A DNA stretch of 64,000 bases from the NCBI GenBank assembly GCA_048128005.1, contig JBEUKZ010000036.1:434001-498000 (forward strand). The letters run 5' to 3'. This document shows positions 1-11,644 of the stretch, one piece after another. The stretch comes from Veleropilina oligotropha (Eukaryota). Below the pieces are notes generated by a model. That model was given only the letters and a program-made list of their open reading frames with translations. It searched no databases and was not told the DNA's origin. The translations under genes and the position numbers were made by a program. Within the stretch, counting starts at the first letter, position 1; each line of letters starts with the position of its first letter.

Positions 1-1574
1 GACGAGTGATCAGATGTCGCCGATTGTCCGGATCTTAGACCATCGTAATGGCGTCTGGCCTCTTTATCGGCTTTCTTCTTGGATCGCTCACCGCCGCTTG
101 ACGGTGAGTTTCCCGCAGAAGGACTAACGGTCCACGTATTCTTCGAGGCCGAAGAATAGGATGGGGAAAGTCTGCCCTGTTCAGCGGTTCGCCGCGCTGC
201 CCGATGTACCTTGCTAGGCGGCAAGATACGGTTGGCTGCGGTTACTAAGCCTGGTCGAGGAGAATCGGACAACTCTCGGGCTCCTACCTTAGTCTGGGGT
301 GCCGGCAAGGATTCTGAGACTCCCTCAAGAGTCTCGGAGGTTTTGCCGGTAGATCCGGCGACAGATGGTACCCTTGGTCGGCTGTCGTCCAGCATCCCTG
401 AAGTAGACAAAGAAACGTTATCCCCTGAATTACCGATTTGTCCCTTTTCCGGGGAGGTCCCACCGTGGTAGCCGCCCTGGTCGGCTTCACTGGCACAATT
501 CACATTGATATTTCTTAATACAATTTCGGTGAATACGGCATTCCGTGTGCCTATCAAATCCCTGTATCTTCTGGTTACACCCTGAGTTGCTGCACCGGAC
601 CATAGTTGATTACACGGGAGGATACGGAAGTGGGCGGACGGGGTAAATAGATTGTATATCCTTGGTAGTTGTGATTTACTAGTACTACTACCTTCTTAGA
701 TTGTATCTTATCTGAAGATTTTAGATCAGGCAATAATAAAGTAATTAACCCCGACTGAGATATCACTGAGGCCGACTTTCATAAAAAAAACGGCAAGTAA
801 CTATACAGGGGTTTTTTTCTCTGAAAAAAAACGCCCAAGAAAACACCTGAAAACCTCGTGGATGTTTACTATATGTTAGTACAGTGGCGTATTATCCCAG
901 TAACGGCAGGATATCAGAATAACGTAACGTTGATACCTAAAACCCCCGCCTTTTAACGACGTTAAATTTTAATCAATAAATTACCAGCAAAAAACGTCGT
1001 CAATGAATTATCTAATACAAATGAGTTACCTCTGTAGCTTCAACAATATCAGATAATAATACCGCCAGAAATTTCTTCAGAATAATGTAACGTTCTTTAA
1101 CGAAATTTCCCCTCTGAGCGGTCCTTGTTTCCAACAATTTCACTAATCCACTATCTTCCTTCCCTTTTCGTTGAAAACAGGAGGATAGCAATCAAATCTT
1201 CGATTTCACTGAGGTATTTTCCAAATCTCCGAGGTAAATCCAATCTTATTATAACATGTTCTCCGGGGAGATTGTTATAAATGATATATATAAATCACAA
1301 ATTGAAATATTTTGCGGAGCAAAGAAAAACACAGCTTTCCAAGATGGCGGAAAAACTTTGAATGAGGTCTGAAGCCTTGATCTTGGACATCTCGCGAGAT
1401 TTGACGAACTCTCGTTTTGAGGAACATTAAGTGAGGGGGAGCAGGGGAGGTAATCGTAGTGTGTTTTTGACTTTTTTAATAGTGCATAATGTGACCATTT
1501 TCACTGTTTCCGGTAAGCGATAATATGACTATTATGGCAAGAGTAAGGACGTAAGTATATTTGTGACTAATATA
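1..1574 (-). mobile_element. 5' part of a decayed DIRS1-like retrotransposon (left ITR, leader, disrupted gag start); continues beyond window start
   Basis: Colinear, diverged similarity to 16230-17880. Gag start ATG at 603 reads MVRCSNSGCNQKIQGFDRHTECRIHRNC, then a deletion and TGA. ITR end TATTATGGCAAGAGTAAGGACGTAAGTAT at ~1530-1558 is shared with the intact copy. Confidence 0.88.
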
Positions 1575-2284
1575 CACTGTGCATATTTAAACATAGTCAG
1601 AGAAAGGACATTGTGCGAATGGTTTTGATTGGCATCTATTTCCGGTTTCACGGCATTCAACAAGTGTTCAGTCATATGTGGTTGGAACCTCAGACCAATG
1701 TCTCCGACTATTGTCTCCACTTGAAAGGCAGTATCAAGATTTTAAGCCGTGCTGTCCATTTGTGTTACGACGCTCTGCCTGTTGAGCTATTTGGTATGGT
1801 CATTGCATGAATCCACAGTGGATTGTATTAAATTGTACCATTATTTGGAAAAATAAACTGATTGATTGATTGAATGATACAATTATAAAGTAAAAGTAGC
1901 CTTAGAGAGAGATTCATGCAATGAATGAAATATACATGTCTCAAAATGACCCTGGACAACAAAAACTCTTATTCGTATAAATTCATATTTTTAAATGCTT
2001 ACCATGTCTACTTTTCATCTGAATAGGTTAAGTAAGGATATTATTCGATAAACGTATTTGATGCCTCATAAAAAACTTGTAAACTTGAAATGAAAGTGTG
2101 AGGGAGAAATGAAGGCTATTCCTTTATCAACATTAAAGGTCGCAGGGTGATAAAAACTTTTAAAATTTGCATCATTTATGCAAAAATATATATCTTGCAT
2201 GGTAGCATCACAGACATCATAAAAATGGGCATAAGAAAGCTATTAATAGTAAACACGTGCTGCAGAATAGCGTATATTACTTAC

Positions 2285-2355
2285 CTTTGTTTTTTTCTCA
2301 TATCGGATATATATTCAAAGTTGGGAGTCAGTTTTCCATTGGAAGTAATAACTGA
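2285..2355 (-). CDS. AASS: AASS coding exon 10 (SVITSNGKLTPNFEYISDMRKKQ), end of LKR domain
   Basis: ttcag acceptor, gtaagt donor, 71 nt; matches the AASS VITSNG-L motif. Confidence 0.9.
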
Positions 2356-2744
2356 CTGAAAAATACAATAAATATAATTATATACAATCATATATTATAT
2401 GTTTCATGTAATATATTTCCTGTAGGTTGTCCTGGTGGCCGAATTCAAGTTCTTGGCTCGGAGATTATGTGGAGTTGCAATCATAATGGTCTCATGCGCC
2501 GACTAAACGCCACTAACTTTGTTTAAATTATGCACTGAAAAATTGATAATTTAAGTAAATAAATGAGTGGGCAGGATATTATATTTCATGGGTATCTACA
2601 TTATTTTCTATTTGCACTTAAAACACAATAATATTTACTTTACCATTCCAAGATTACTAACTGCAGAATGTGTCCAGACAGGGATACCCCCCCCCCCCCC
2701 CCTTGTGAATCCCAGATTTGGATAAGTGAACTTGGATCCATTAT

Positions 2745-3437
2745 CTGATCCATTACGCCACCGGTGCTGTCATTATCCATTACGCCACCGGTGCTGTCAT
2801 TATCCATTATGCCACCGGTGCTGTCATTATACATTACACCACCGGTGCTGTCATTATCCATTATGCCACCGGTGCTGTCGTTATCCATTATGCCACCGGT
2901 TCTGTCGTTATCCATTATGCCACCGGTGCTGTCATTATCCATTATGCCACCGGTGCTGTCATTATCCATTATGCCACCGGTGCTGTCATTATCCATTATG
3001 CCACCGGTGCTGTCATTATCCATTATGCCACCGGTGCTGTCATTATCCATTATGCCACCGGTTCTGTCGTTATCCATTATGCCACCGGTGCTGTCATTAT
3101 CCATTATGCCACCGGTGCTGTCATTATCGATTATGCCACCGGTACCGGTGCTGTCATTATCCATTATGCCACCGGTGCTGTCATTATCCATTATGCCACC
3201 GGTGCTGTCATTATCCATTATGCCATCGGTTCTGTCGTTATCCATTATGCCACCGGTGCTGTCATTATCCATTATGCCACCGGTGCTGTCATTATCCATT
3301 ATGCCACCGGTGCTGTCATTATCCATTATGCCACCGGTACCGGTGCTGTCATTATCCATTATGCCACCGGTGCTGTCATTATACATTACACCACCGGTGC
3401 TGTCATTATCCATTACGCCACTGGTGCTGTCATTATA
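2745..3437. repeat. 24-bp intronic minisatellite (CCACCGGTGCTGTCATTATCCATTATG-type unit), about 28 copies
   Basis: Directly visible tandem array; unit length is a multiple of 3, which explains the repetitive ORFs in three frames. Confidence 0.97.
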
Positions 3438-3508
3438 GGTGGTTAGAAATACGAGATACATAAAAGGCAGATTTTGTCAGTCTTATCAACATTATTTTCC
3501 AGACTTAC

Positions 3509-3568
3509 ATTTTTTACTATTGGTGAAGCGTCATATTCATCAAAGGGTTTGGTGGCATCTGACTTCAG
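3509..3568 (-). CDS. AASS: AASS coding exon 9 (LKSDATKPFDEYDASPIVKN)
   Basis: ttcag / gtaagt, 60 nt, phase 0-0; resembles the AASS SDAT.P......SPVV segment. Confidence 0.88.
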
Positions 3569-4341
3569 CTGAATAATAAACAACACGTCATGAAGCGCTC
3601 AAGTTGAGAGCTTGCAGTCAATCACGAAGGGAGACAACTGATACTGGCACTCAAACTAACATCTGAATATAGCGTATTAAAAGACTGTGCTTTTCCTGAT
3701 TATGTGCGAAAGTATTTGAAGCCGAATGCAATCTCAACAACGACAGTAACTCTCATTTCATATAATGAATATTGACTAATCAATAATGAATGTTAGATAT
3801 GAACATAACTAACAACAGTATCCCAGTAAACTGACAGTATCACAGTAAACTGACAGTATCACAGTAAACTGACAGTATCACATTAATGGACCGCGCTTCC
3901 GTAAATTTCTATTGTGGCGCAGTATAGGGTTGTGGGTTGACTGTCTTCAACATATATAAAATTCTGAAGTGCTCGTAATTACTCATAATCACTCATAATT
4001 AAACTGATGTCCCAGATGACATTAATGACATCATTTATCTCTTAGTGGAAATTGGAAAATTTCATAGATTGCAACTGAGGGGGTGAAAGCTGACTGGCTT
4101 TCCGCCCACATTTTTAGGTCGAACTTGATCATCTCTTAGCACCCGTGAATATTTGTTTGGGAATAGTTGAGAACTATAAAAGAGATGTTGCACAAGCAGA
4201 AAGTGAAACCTTTTATTCGCATAATAGAAATATATTTTGAAGAAAAGAGACATTACAATTTAGTTTTTAAATTAAAATATATATTTCCACAGATGTCTAT
4301 CTTTTAACCCATTTGTACATCAACACACATGACCTACATAC

Positions 4342-4453
4342 CATATCGTAAACATGGGGCAGCAATAGGTTACCAAAGTAATCTGTGGCTTCAGTCGGTA
4401 TCTGAGCAGGCATGTTATCTATGGAGCAGATCAAAACCCCATTGCCAGAAAAA
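4342..4453 (-). CDS. AASS: AASS coding exon 8 (FSGNGVLICSIDNMPAQIPTEATDYFGNLLLPHVYDM)
   Basis: tgtag / gtatgt, 112 nt; CSIDNMPAQ LKR motif; phase 2 fits the upstream exon. Confidence 0.95.
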
Positions 4454-4703
4454 CTACAACAAGAAAAGGCAAAGATTTAAGGATGAATTGCTCGTATTTG
4501 GCTGATTTTAATGAATTACCATAAATATCAGGCATATCTTTTTCACGTGAAAGTTATCTGAAACTTCGTAATTCAACAACTTTGTTATTTACAATCATGT
4601 ATCAGCTATTTACAATCATGTATCTCTCAACTTTGGTGTAAAATCAGTGTACGTTTATAGTGCTGCCTTGTTTTTAATGATCACATTATTGACAAAAGAA
4701 GTG

Positions 4704-4840
4704 AATAGGGTTGCTCACATTTGCAGTAAATGATATAAATAGACTGTCCGCAGGGAGAAAGCGGACAAACAATGGTCTAATGCAATGAAATCTGCCTGTA
4801 TTTGTCCGCATGTGTGACGTCAATTGCGAGCAACCCTATT
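4704..4840. mobile_element. Small MITE-like inverted-repeat element
   Basis: AATAGGGTTGCTC ... GAGCAACCCTATT terminal inverted repeat; no clear TSD. Confidence 0.5.
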
Positions 4841-5804
4841 GCGCACTCCAGAATGGACACAAATTTCATGCATTAACCAAATTGAATTTCAAATCTAGAG
4901 TATCATCAAATATACACCAAAACCAAAAGGAATAAATGTGACAAATCTGTTGACAACAAAATGCTGGATATGTGGGATACAGCAAAACCAATTAACCTTT
5001 TGTCTTTGGCACATGCTTATAATGGTTGACCAGGCCTCTAAATTAACACTCGCAAACTCGCAAAATGCGAGACCATTCTAGAAAATGCAAGTTCATGTTT
5101 CATAAACTGGCAAAAATTTGTGACAATTGTCTCCAGACCAGAATTATCGTACATGTAATTGGCAGCTTTAAATGTAAATCCAGGTCTTTTATCTATTGTT
5201 GCATGTAAATTTAATATAAAGTTGTCTAATTCTTGATCAAAAGTTGTTTACCTTTTATTCAGTTCAGTATTCTAGTGACTTTGTGTCTGTAAACATCAGC
5301 CAAAACATTGATACCTCGTGTTCACCCACCATTATTGATTTTTATTGTCATCCCTTGTATCTGGGAGCACCCGTTTTTCAGTGTCGCATGTACTTTTGTA
5401 ACTAAGTTTTGCATCTATACAAAACATGTAATGCTAAAACTGATGACATATGTATATGAACTAGAGGTATAATCCTCATACAGGCCCGCCTTTTGGATAT
5501 ATAAATCCATAGAGAGGAAAATAATCAATAACTCTATATCTTCAAAGTGCCATCTGGAACGGAAATACACGAAAATGACCTTGACCTTTGACCCAGAGAC
5601 TCCATTTTTGAAATTAACCAAGGCCTGATGGTATACAAGGTGCATACCCAAGATGAAAGCTGTAGGTCCAGCGGTTCATCTTCTATGTGACAGAAAGCAA
5701 TCTTCGAAGTGCCAGAATGGAAATACACGAAAATGACCTTGACCTTTGACCCAGCGATCCCATCTTTGAACTTGAGCTAGGCCTGATGGTATATAAGATG
5801 TATA

Positions 5805-7392
5805 CAGTAGATTCCGCTTATTTGCATAGCGAGATTGCCGCGATTATTTATGCAAATAAGCGGATTATGCGTTTAACCGTTACGTAAATTTCGGCAAGTT
5901 TTTGACCGGAAATCTCACCCATGATAATTAGCCTACTTGTATTTAAATGGTTCTTTATTATTATAAATATATGTCCTGGTAATAAATTTATTTGCAAAGG
6001 AGAATTTGCGTAATATATTTTTCTTTCCATGAATACGGATTGTATACACAATATTTTGTGGTTATTCTGACCTGTTTCAGTAGAATTGATATAAAGTTTA
6101 CTAGGGTGTGGAAATTCATATTCTGAATGTTTCTCTTCTGCTGAACACGTGTCGCATTATCGGCCGCCATGTTGAAAATTTAGCCCTATGTTTTAATCTC
6201 GAATCGATTTGTTTTTACAATTATTGAATAATTATTTCTAGCGATATTTAATTAGTCCAGTATATTATGATATGATATAACACTAGAAATATGTCCATCG
6301 GACACGAATGCCCCCACTGGCAGCCTTGACCATAGGGGCAGTGTACAAAGTATCAAGTCAATCCATGAAGGCAAATATAAGTTATAGCAGATTTGAGTTG
6401 CTTACACGCAAATACTGGTTTGAAGAGCTAAGTCATTTGACCTTGACCTTGGCCATACGGCGACATGGATGGGTCGCAGAAGCGAAGGATGAATGATGAT
6501 AAGCAAGTGTACAAAGTATGAAGTCAATCCATGAAGGCAAATAGAAGTTATAGCAGATTGGAGTTGCTTACACGCAAATACTGCCCCGGACGGGACGGGA
6601 CGGACGGACGGGACGGACAAGAGTAAATCTAAATGCCACCCCAATAAATTGGTGGTGGCATAAAAACTTATAAGACGTTGTCTTCATATATAAATTAAAT
6701 TAATAATTAAATCACCATAGTTCTGAACGGCGATGCTACAAAACCAAATCAGTGGAGATAATTTTTAATTTTGTTACAAAAGAAACGTTGTGTTGTTGTT
6801 GTCTTATAATTATGTTATTTATCGGCAAACTAGTGATGTTCACATGAATACATGTAACGGCACCTTTTACATTGATTCGTAAGCCTAATCTTTGACTTCG
6901 CGCTCAGATAAACCCAAAAGTCTGTCATTTGGACTTTGACAATAGATTTCAATCCGATTATCGTTCGATGTCTGCCATCCCATAATATCCCCGATTGACA
7001 TCGTTCATTTCCGTAACATTTCTACACTGAAACAATGTTTATCAAACTTTCAGTTCCGACTTTTTCCGGAAGTAAAAATTATTTTGAAACCCACGAGGTT
7101 GAAAAAATGGTTAAACTTAGAATGTTACTGTTGAATAAACATCTTTACGATGGCGTAGCAAGACATACCGGCAAATACGCAAGTATTTTGATCAATTTAA
7201 CAATGTTAATATCAATTATGTGTTGTGCAGTCGAAAATTTCTTATGCAAATAAGCGAAAATCCGGTAATTATGCATGCAATTAAGCGATTATTTGCATAT
7301 GATAATAATAGTAAATTATTCTGTTCCTGCAGATTTTATGCAAATATCCGAAATATGCAATTAAGCGTTATGCAATTAAGTGGAATCCACTG
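5805..7392. mobile_element. Tc1/mariner(pogo)-type MITE with TA duplication
   Basis: TA|CAGTAGATTCCGCTTATTTGCAT ... ATGCAATTAAGTGGAATCCACTG|TA; removing it restores the host repeat unit. Confidence 0.82.
6282..6666 (+). mobile_element. Short HINE-like element nested in the MITE
   Basis: ACTAG start, internal direct repeat, (GGAC)n, terminal hairpin TGCCACC...GGTGGCA. Confidence 0.65.
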
Positions 7393-8418
7393 TACCAAAT
7401 ATGAAAGGAGTAAATCCAGCGGTTCATCTTCTATGTGACAGAAAGCATCAGGCGACGGACGACGGACGGACGACGGACGCCAGTACACGGCTATAGCCCT
7501 GCCTTTAGAAGGCGGGCCAATAAAACGAAATAAAGATGGTTTAATAATATTTTATTGCTGATGATATTGCAAAAGGATTGGATAAAAGGGAAATAAAGAT
7601 GGACAGATAATATTTAATTAGATAATTTAATGCAATCCACAACAGTTATTCTTACACAATAACATTGACTTTTTAAGTGGTTTTAATTGAAGATTTGCTA
7701 TAAACTAGCTTCTCAAACATAAAATATCTTATATTTAAAATTATACCGTATATTTACTAAAATATTTTAACAACATAAATTAAACTGTGTAAAATTATGA
7801 CCAGTGTACAAGCATTATTTTTACTTAATTAAACTGGTTGTTTGTGTTAATATGACAGAAAAATTATAACTTAGCTAAAAGAAGCTAGCTAATATTTCGG
7901 GTTACAGTTATAATAGGCTAATATTTATGTAATCAATCTTTATTTAAATTAACGAATAAAGTCGACAATATGTGCATGAAGCAACAGCTGATTAGAATGA
8001 CTTTTGCATGGTGAGCATATATCGATTTTTTAATTTAAGAAAATTGTAATATTGGTATAATTATTTTTTCAGTAAATATAATCAAGGTTTGAACAACACA
8101 TTTTAACATAGTACATAATTTATTAAATATCACTACAAATTGCGAGTATATAATTCAAAATGCGAGTTGACCTTGAAGGCACTTGCAAAAATATGCAAGT
8201 AGGAAAAAATTTAAATTCTAGGACTGTTGACTTACCTTAAAGTCATTCAGTGGCCCCAAAATTCAAACTTAATGTTAAGGGGATGGTTCTGGGTTCAATA
8301 CAATATTTTTAGCAGTTTACTATTTCTTAAAACTTTTATTATATATTTATTAAATATACCAAAACTAATTTGAAACATAATTTGGAATGTTGATTTTTTG
8401 TCTGGTTGCCATGGAAAT

Positions 8419-9517
8419 GGCGGCGATATTGGATTTCAGAATGGTATTTAATAGGGGTCACGGGTAACACTTATAAATTGAAACTATTAGATAATTTTAA
8501 CAACTATCTTCTTTAATTTGAAGAAGACATATAGTTTTGTGCAATAAAGCCATTTAATTGTGATTGCAGTGACAAAAGTGTTGTATTTGGACAAATAATT
8601 TGAAATTTATTAAAAAAATCGACAAATTTGGGGGTATAGGGTGTCAGATATCCATACTTTTTTCAAATATTGTGGTGAAAATCATTTAAAGTTCACCTTT
8701 ATTGCACCCACTAGAGCTCTGTGGCTATTGTGTGGAAGTTTCAGCAAAAAATTCCCAATAGTTACAAATATTAAGCACTACCAAGCATGTATGGTCCGTT
8801 AAAATGAGAAATAGGAGAAAAACCGGATTAAAGATAATAGTGATTGTTTTTCAGTGTCATCATATGTATTATTGCCTGTAATGTCATGTATTTATGTATT
8901 ATGATCTGTATGATGATTTACATTGTTTAAATTGAATAAAGAAACTTTAAATAATGTCTCCTGATCCCCTAGTATATGTTTCCTCTCCTGCTTTCAAACG
9001 GCGGCCATCTTGGATTTCAGAATGATATAATAGGGGTCACGGGTAACACTTATAAATTGAAACTATTGGATATTTTTAACAACTATCTGCTTTAATTTGA
9101 AGAAGATATATAGTTTTGCGCAATAAAGCCATTTAATTGTGATTGCAGTGACAAAAGTGTTGTATTTGAACAAATTATTTGAAAATTATACAAAAAGCGA
9201 CAAATTTGGGGATATAGGGTGTCTGATACCCATAATTTTTCAAACATTGTGGTGAAATCATTAATATTTCACCTTTATTGCACTCACTAGAGATCTGTGA
9301 CTATTGTGTGGAAGCTTCAGCTAAAAATTCCCACTATTAAGCATTTTCCTTCAAAATGTGACATTGGCGAAAACAGGATTAAAGATATTGATGATATAAT
9401 TATTTCAATGTCCTAAATGCATTGTCCACTGTAATGTCATGTATTTATCCATCATAACCTGTATGGAGACTTACACTGTACAAATTGAATAAAGAAACTT
9501 TTAAATAATGTCTCCTG
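8419..9517. repeat. ~540-bp diverged direct duplication (8419-8963 vs 9000-9517)
   Basis: Shared blocks GGATTTCAGAATG...ATAGGGGTCACGGGTAACAC through AATAATGTCTCCTG. Confidence 0.85.
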
Positions 9518-10453
9518 CTTCACTAGCACAATTCCCCAGTTTTATTTTTTTTTAATTTATTTACTTAAATTCAACAGACTGAATGTGGCCAGAGGATATT
9601 TTTTACAAGCACTGACAAGCAAGAAATGTCAATGATTCTGTTTTAAAAAAGTGCATTTTCTTAATTAATTCCTTTGAATTTAATTACTTTGGGAAAAATA
9701 TCCAAGTTTCCTAACATTAGGGCATATAACAAAATTATGATCTCAATGTTCACTTGAACTTTCTAGATAATTTGCGTTATTGTCAATGTACCTAATTGGC
9801 ATTTGCTGTATTATCTCTCATACCAGTAACTCCGTATCGGAACCATTTGCGTATTTATCCCTGTCGGAAATATCACCGGTGAAGCTAAATTTCATCTTAT
9901 GCATGGTTCATTGTTGACCTAAAAACTATCGCGCATCATTGCTTTGTTTACATGCTGTCACTTCTTGTAAGTTCTTAATATTTAATTCTTCTAATTTCTT
10001 ATTATTTATACTATTTTTGCTTATTCTCTATTTAATCTCCATATTTAAAATCTGTTAGCCTATCTATTCCCAGTACAGACATCGTAAACTGTGTCACCTA
10101 TTTATAAATCTCCAGGCACCACTGATTCACCAGATTCAGTCTAGTTGGTCATGTAACCGTCCAGTGCGCATGCGCGGCGAACCTATGTCAACCAACCAAC
10201 CAGATGCTCTGCTTGAGTGTGGGCTAATATTATGTGAATGCATTAGGTGTCGTCATGGGCTTTTCATCCAATGGCATCATCGCTATTTCTGGATGCTACT
10301 GAATATTAATAGATAGTGGGTCACTGGTGTGAACGAATGTAGATGATTCAGTAGTCTAAATATATACACTACTATAACGTAAATTGCAGTCCATTGTTGG
10401 TATTCCCTGAACAAAACAAAATGAGGTTTTAATGTAAACCTAATATTAGTATA

Positions 10454-10660
10454 AAACATACTTACGTCCTTACTCTTGCCATAATAGTATATTATCGCCC
10501 AAACCGGAAATGGTGAATATGTCCCATAATGCACCGTTAATAAGCCAAAAAAGCACACGGTTACCTCCCCTGCTCCTACCCCCCACGTTCCCTAGCGAGA
10601 CTTCGCCAAGTCTCGTGAGACTTCTGAACAATAGAAGTCACATGACATCAATTCAAAGTT
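10454..10660. repeat. DIRS 3' inverted terminal repeat (with unique extension 10421-10453)
   Basis: Reverse complement of 17661-17867; ORF-track peptides 10510+ and 17811- are identical over this span. Confidence 0.95.
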
Positions 10661-10720
10661 CAAAAACCACAAAGGAACGTAGTAGAGGGGAGGAATGCGA
10701 AACGCAGGGTGGGTAATCGT

Positions 10721-10811
10721 GTAAGGACGTAAGTATGTTTTATACTAATATTAGGTTTACATTAAAACCTCATATATAGTTACAAACATACTTACGTCCT
10801 TACTCTTGCCA
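10721..10811. repeat. DIRS internal complementary region (ICR)
   Basis: 10721-10773 is the reverse complement of 10421-10473, and 10768-10811 is the reverse complement of 17840-17883; together they reproduce the circle junction. Confidence 0.95.
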
Positions 10812-11644
10812 GAATAACCTTGGATAGGTGGGTAAGACGTTCCTTACAACAAACCCAAACAAGATAATGACTTACTTTTCACCAATTCGATCAGCATGAA
10901 GCGTCGAGTGTGTCCGCCTAGAGTGGAATTTTTACTGAGTATTATATTCTACTCTTACCAGGCGAGAATTTCGACCAGTGTTACCGGGAGAATACGCCGT
11001 GGTGTTAGTCGGACGAGGTGAACGGAAGTGCAATCAGCCCCTGGCACGGCCGGAAGGATAAATCCCTGTAGGTCTTACGTGTCATGGACCAGTGGCAGCC
11101 AAATGGGACTCCGGGCCTATAGGCCGGTAGCCAGAGGATGCAGTCGGATTTGTAAGCACACGGAACCTAACAGGTTGTGAAAGCTTTAAAATCAAAAGCA
11201 AAGAATTAATAGATTATATAATAATCGATATTAATAAGTAGTTCGCATGACCAACTTGCGAACGCTAACATGGACGACATGTCACTTAAAATAAATTTTA
11301 AGGAAGCAAAAATGTTCGACATGTTACTTAAAAATAAATGTTAAGGAATCAACATTTTAAATGTATTGAACATCGTATGTTCGATTACAGCAAAGAACAT
11401 AATAATATTGAACCCTAATCTTTTTAAGATTTGTGCAAAATTATCAAAGTTGTTTTATTAAATTCAATGTGATCTGGCTTATGTCAACACTCAGTCTGAC
11501 ATGAGAAGTACAAAATCTTAAATTAGATTTAAGAAATGAACAGACATTGAACTGCCCCATAGGTGTTAATTACATAGCACCGTTTGGCCAACGAAAATAA
11601 AATGGCGTCAGTAAATATGCAAATGATCAATCAGAGAACAATAC

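Larger units (their letters stand above)
5460..7525 (+). mobile_element. Helentron/HINE (DINE-1/pearl-like) non-autonomous element interrupted by a MITE
   Basis: ACTAG start, subterminal IR GGCCCGCCTT / AAGGCGGGCC, internal ~160-bp GACCTTGACCTT repeats, (GGAC)n, 3' hairpin. Confidence 0.65.
5031..8226. mobile_element. Non-autonomous CAG...CTG DNA transposon (hAT-like) with 5-bp TSD, carrying nested insertions
   Basis: Imperfect TIRs CAGGCCTCTAAATT / AATTCTAGGACTG, subterminal (T)GCGAG repeats, TTGAC on both flanks. Confidence 0.65.

Noticed and set aside
2640..3463. Repetitive ORFs (DNDSTGGIM, HRCCHYPLC, LSLSIMPPV) suggesting a Cys/His-rich or acidic repeat protein
   Set aside because: Artefact of a 24-bp minisatellite inside an AASS intron; open in several frames, no supporting gene structure
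10510..10716. Identical short peptide also encoded at 17590-17811 (-)
   Set aside because: Simply the two DIRS ITRs; no evidence of coding
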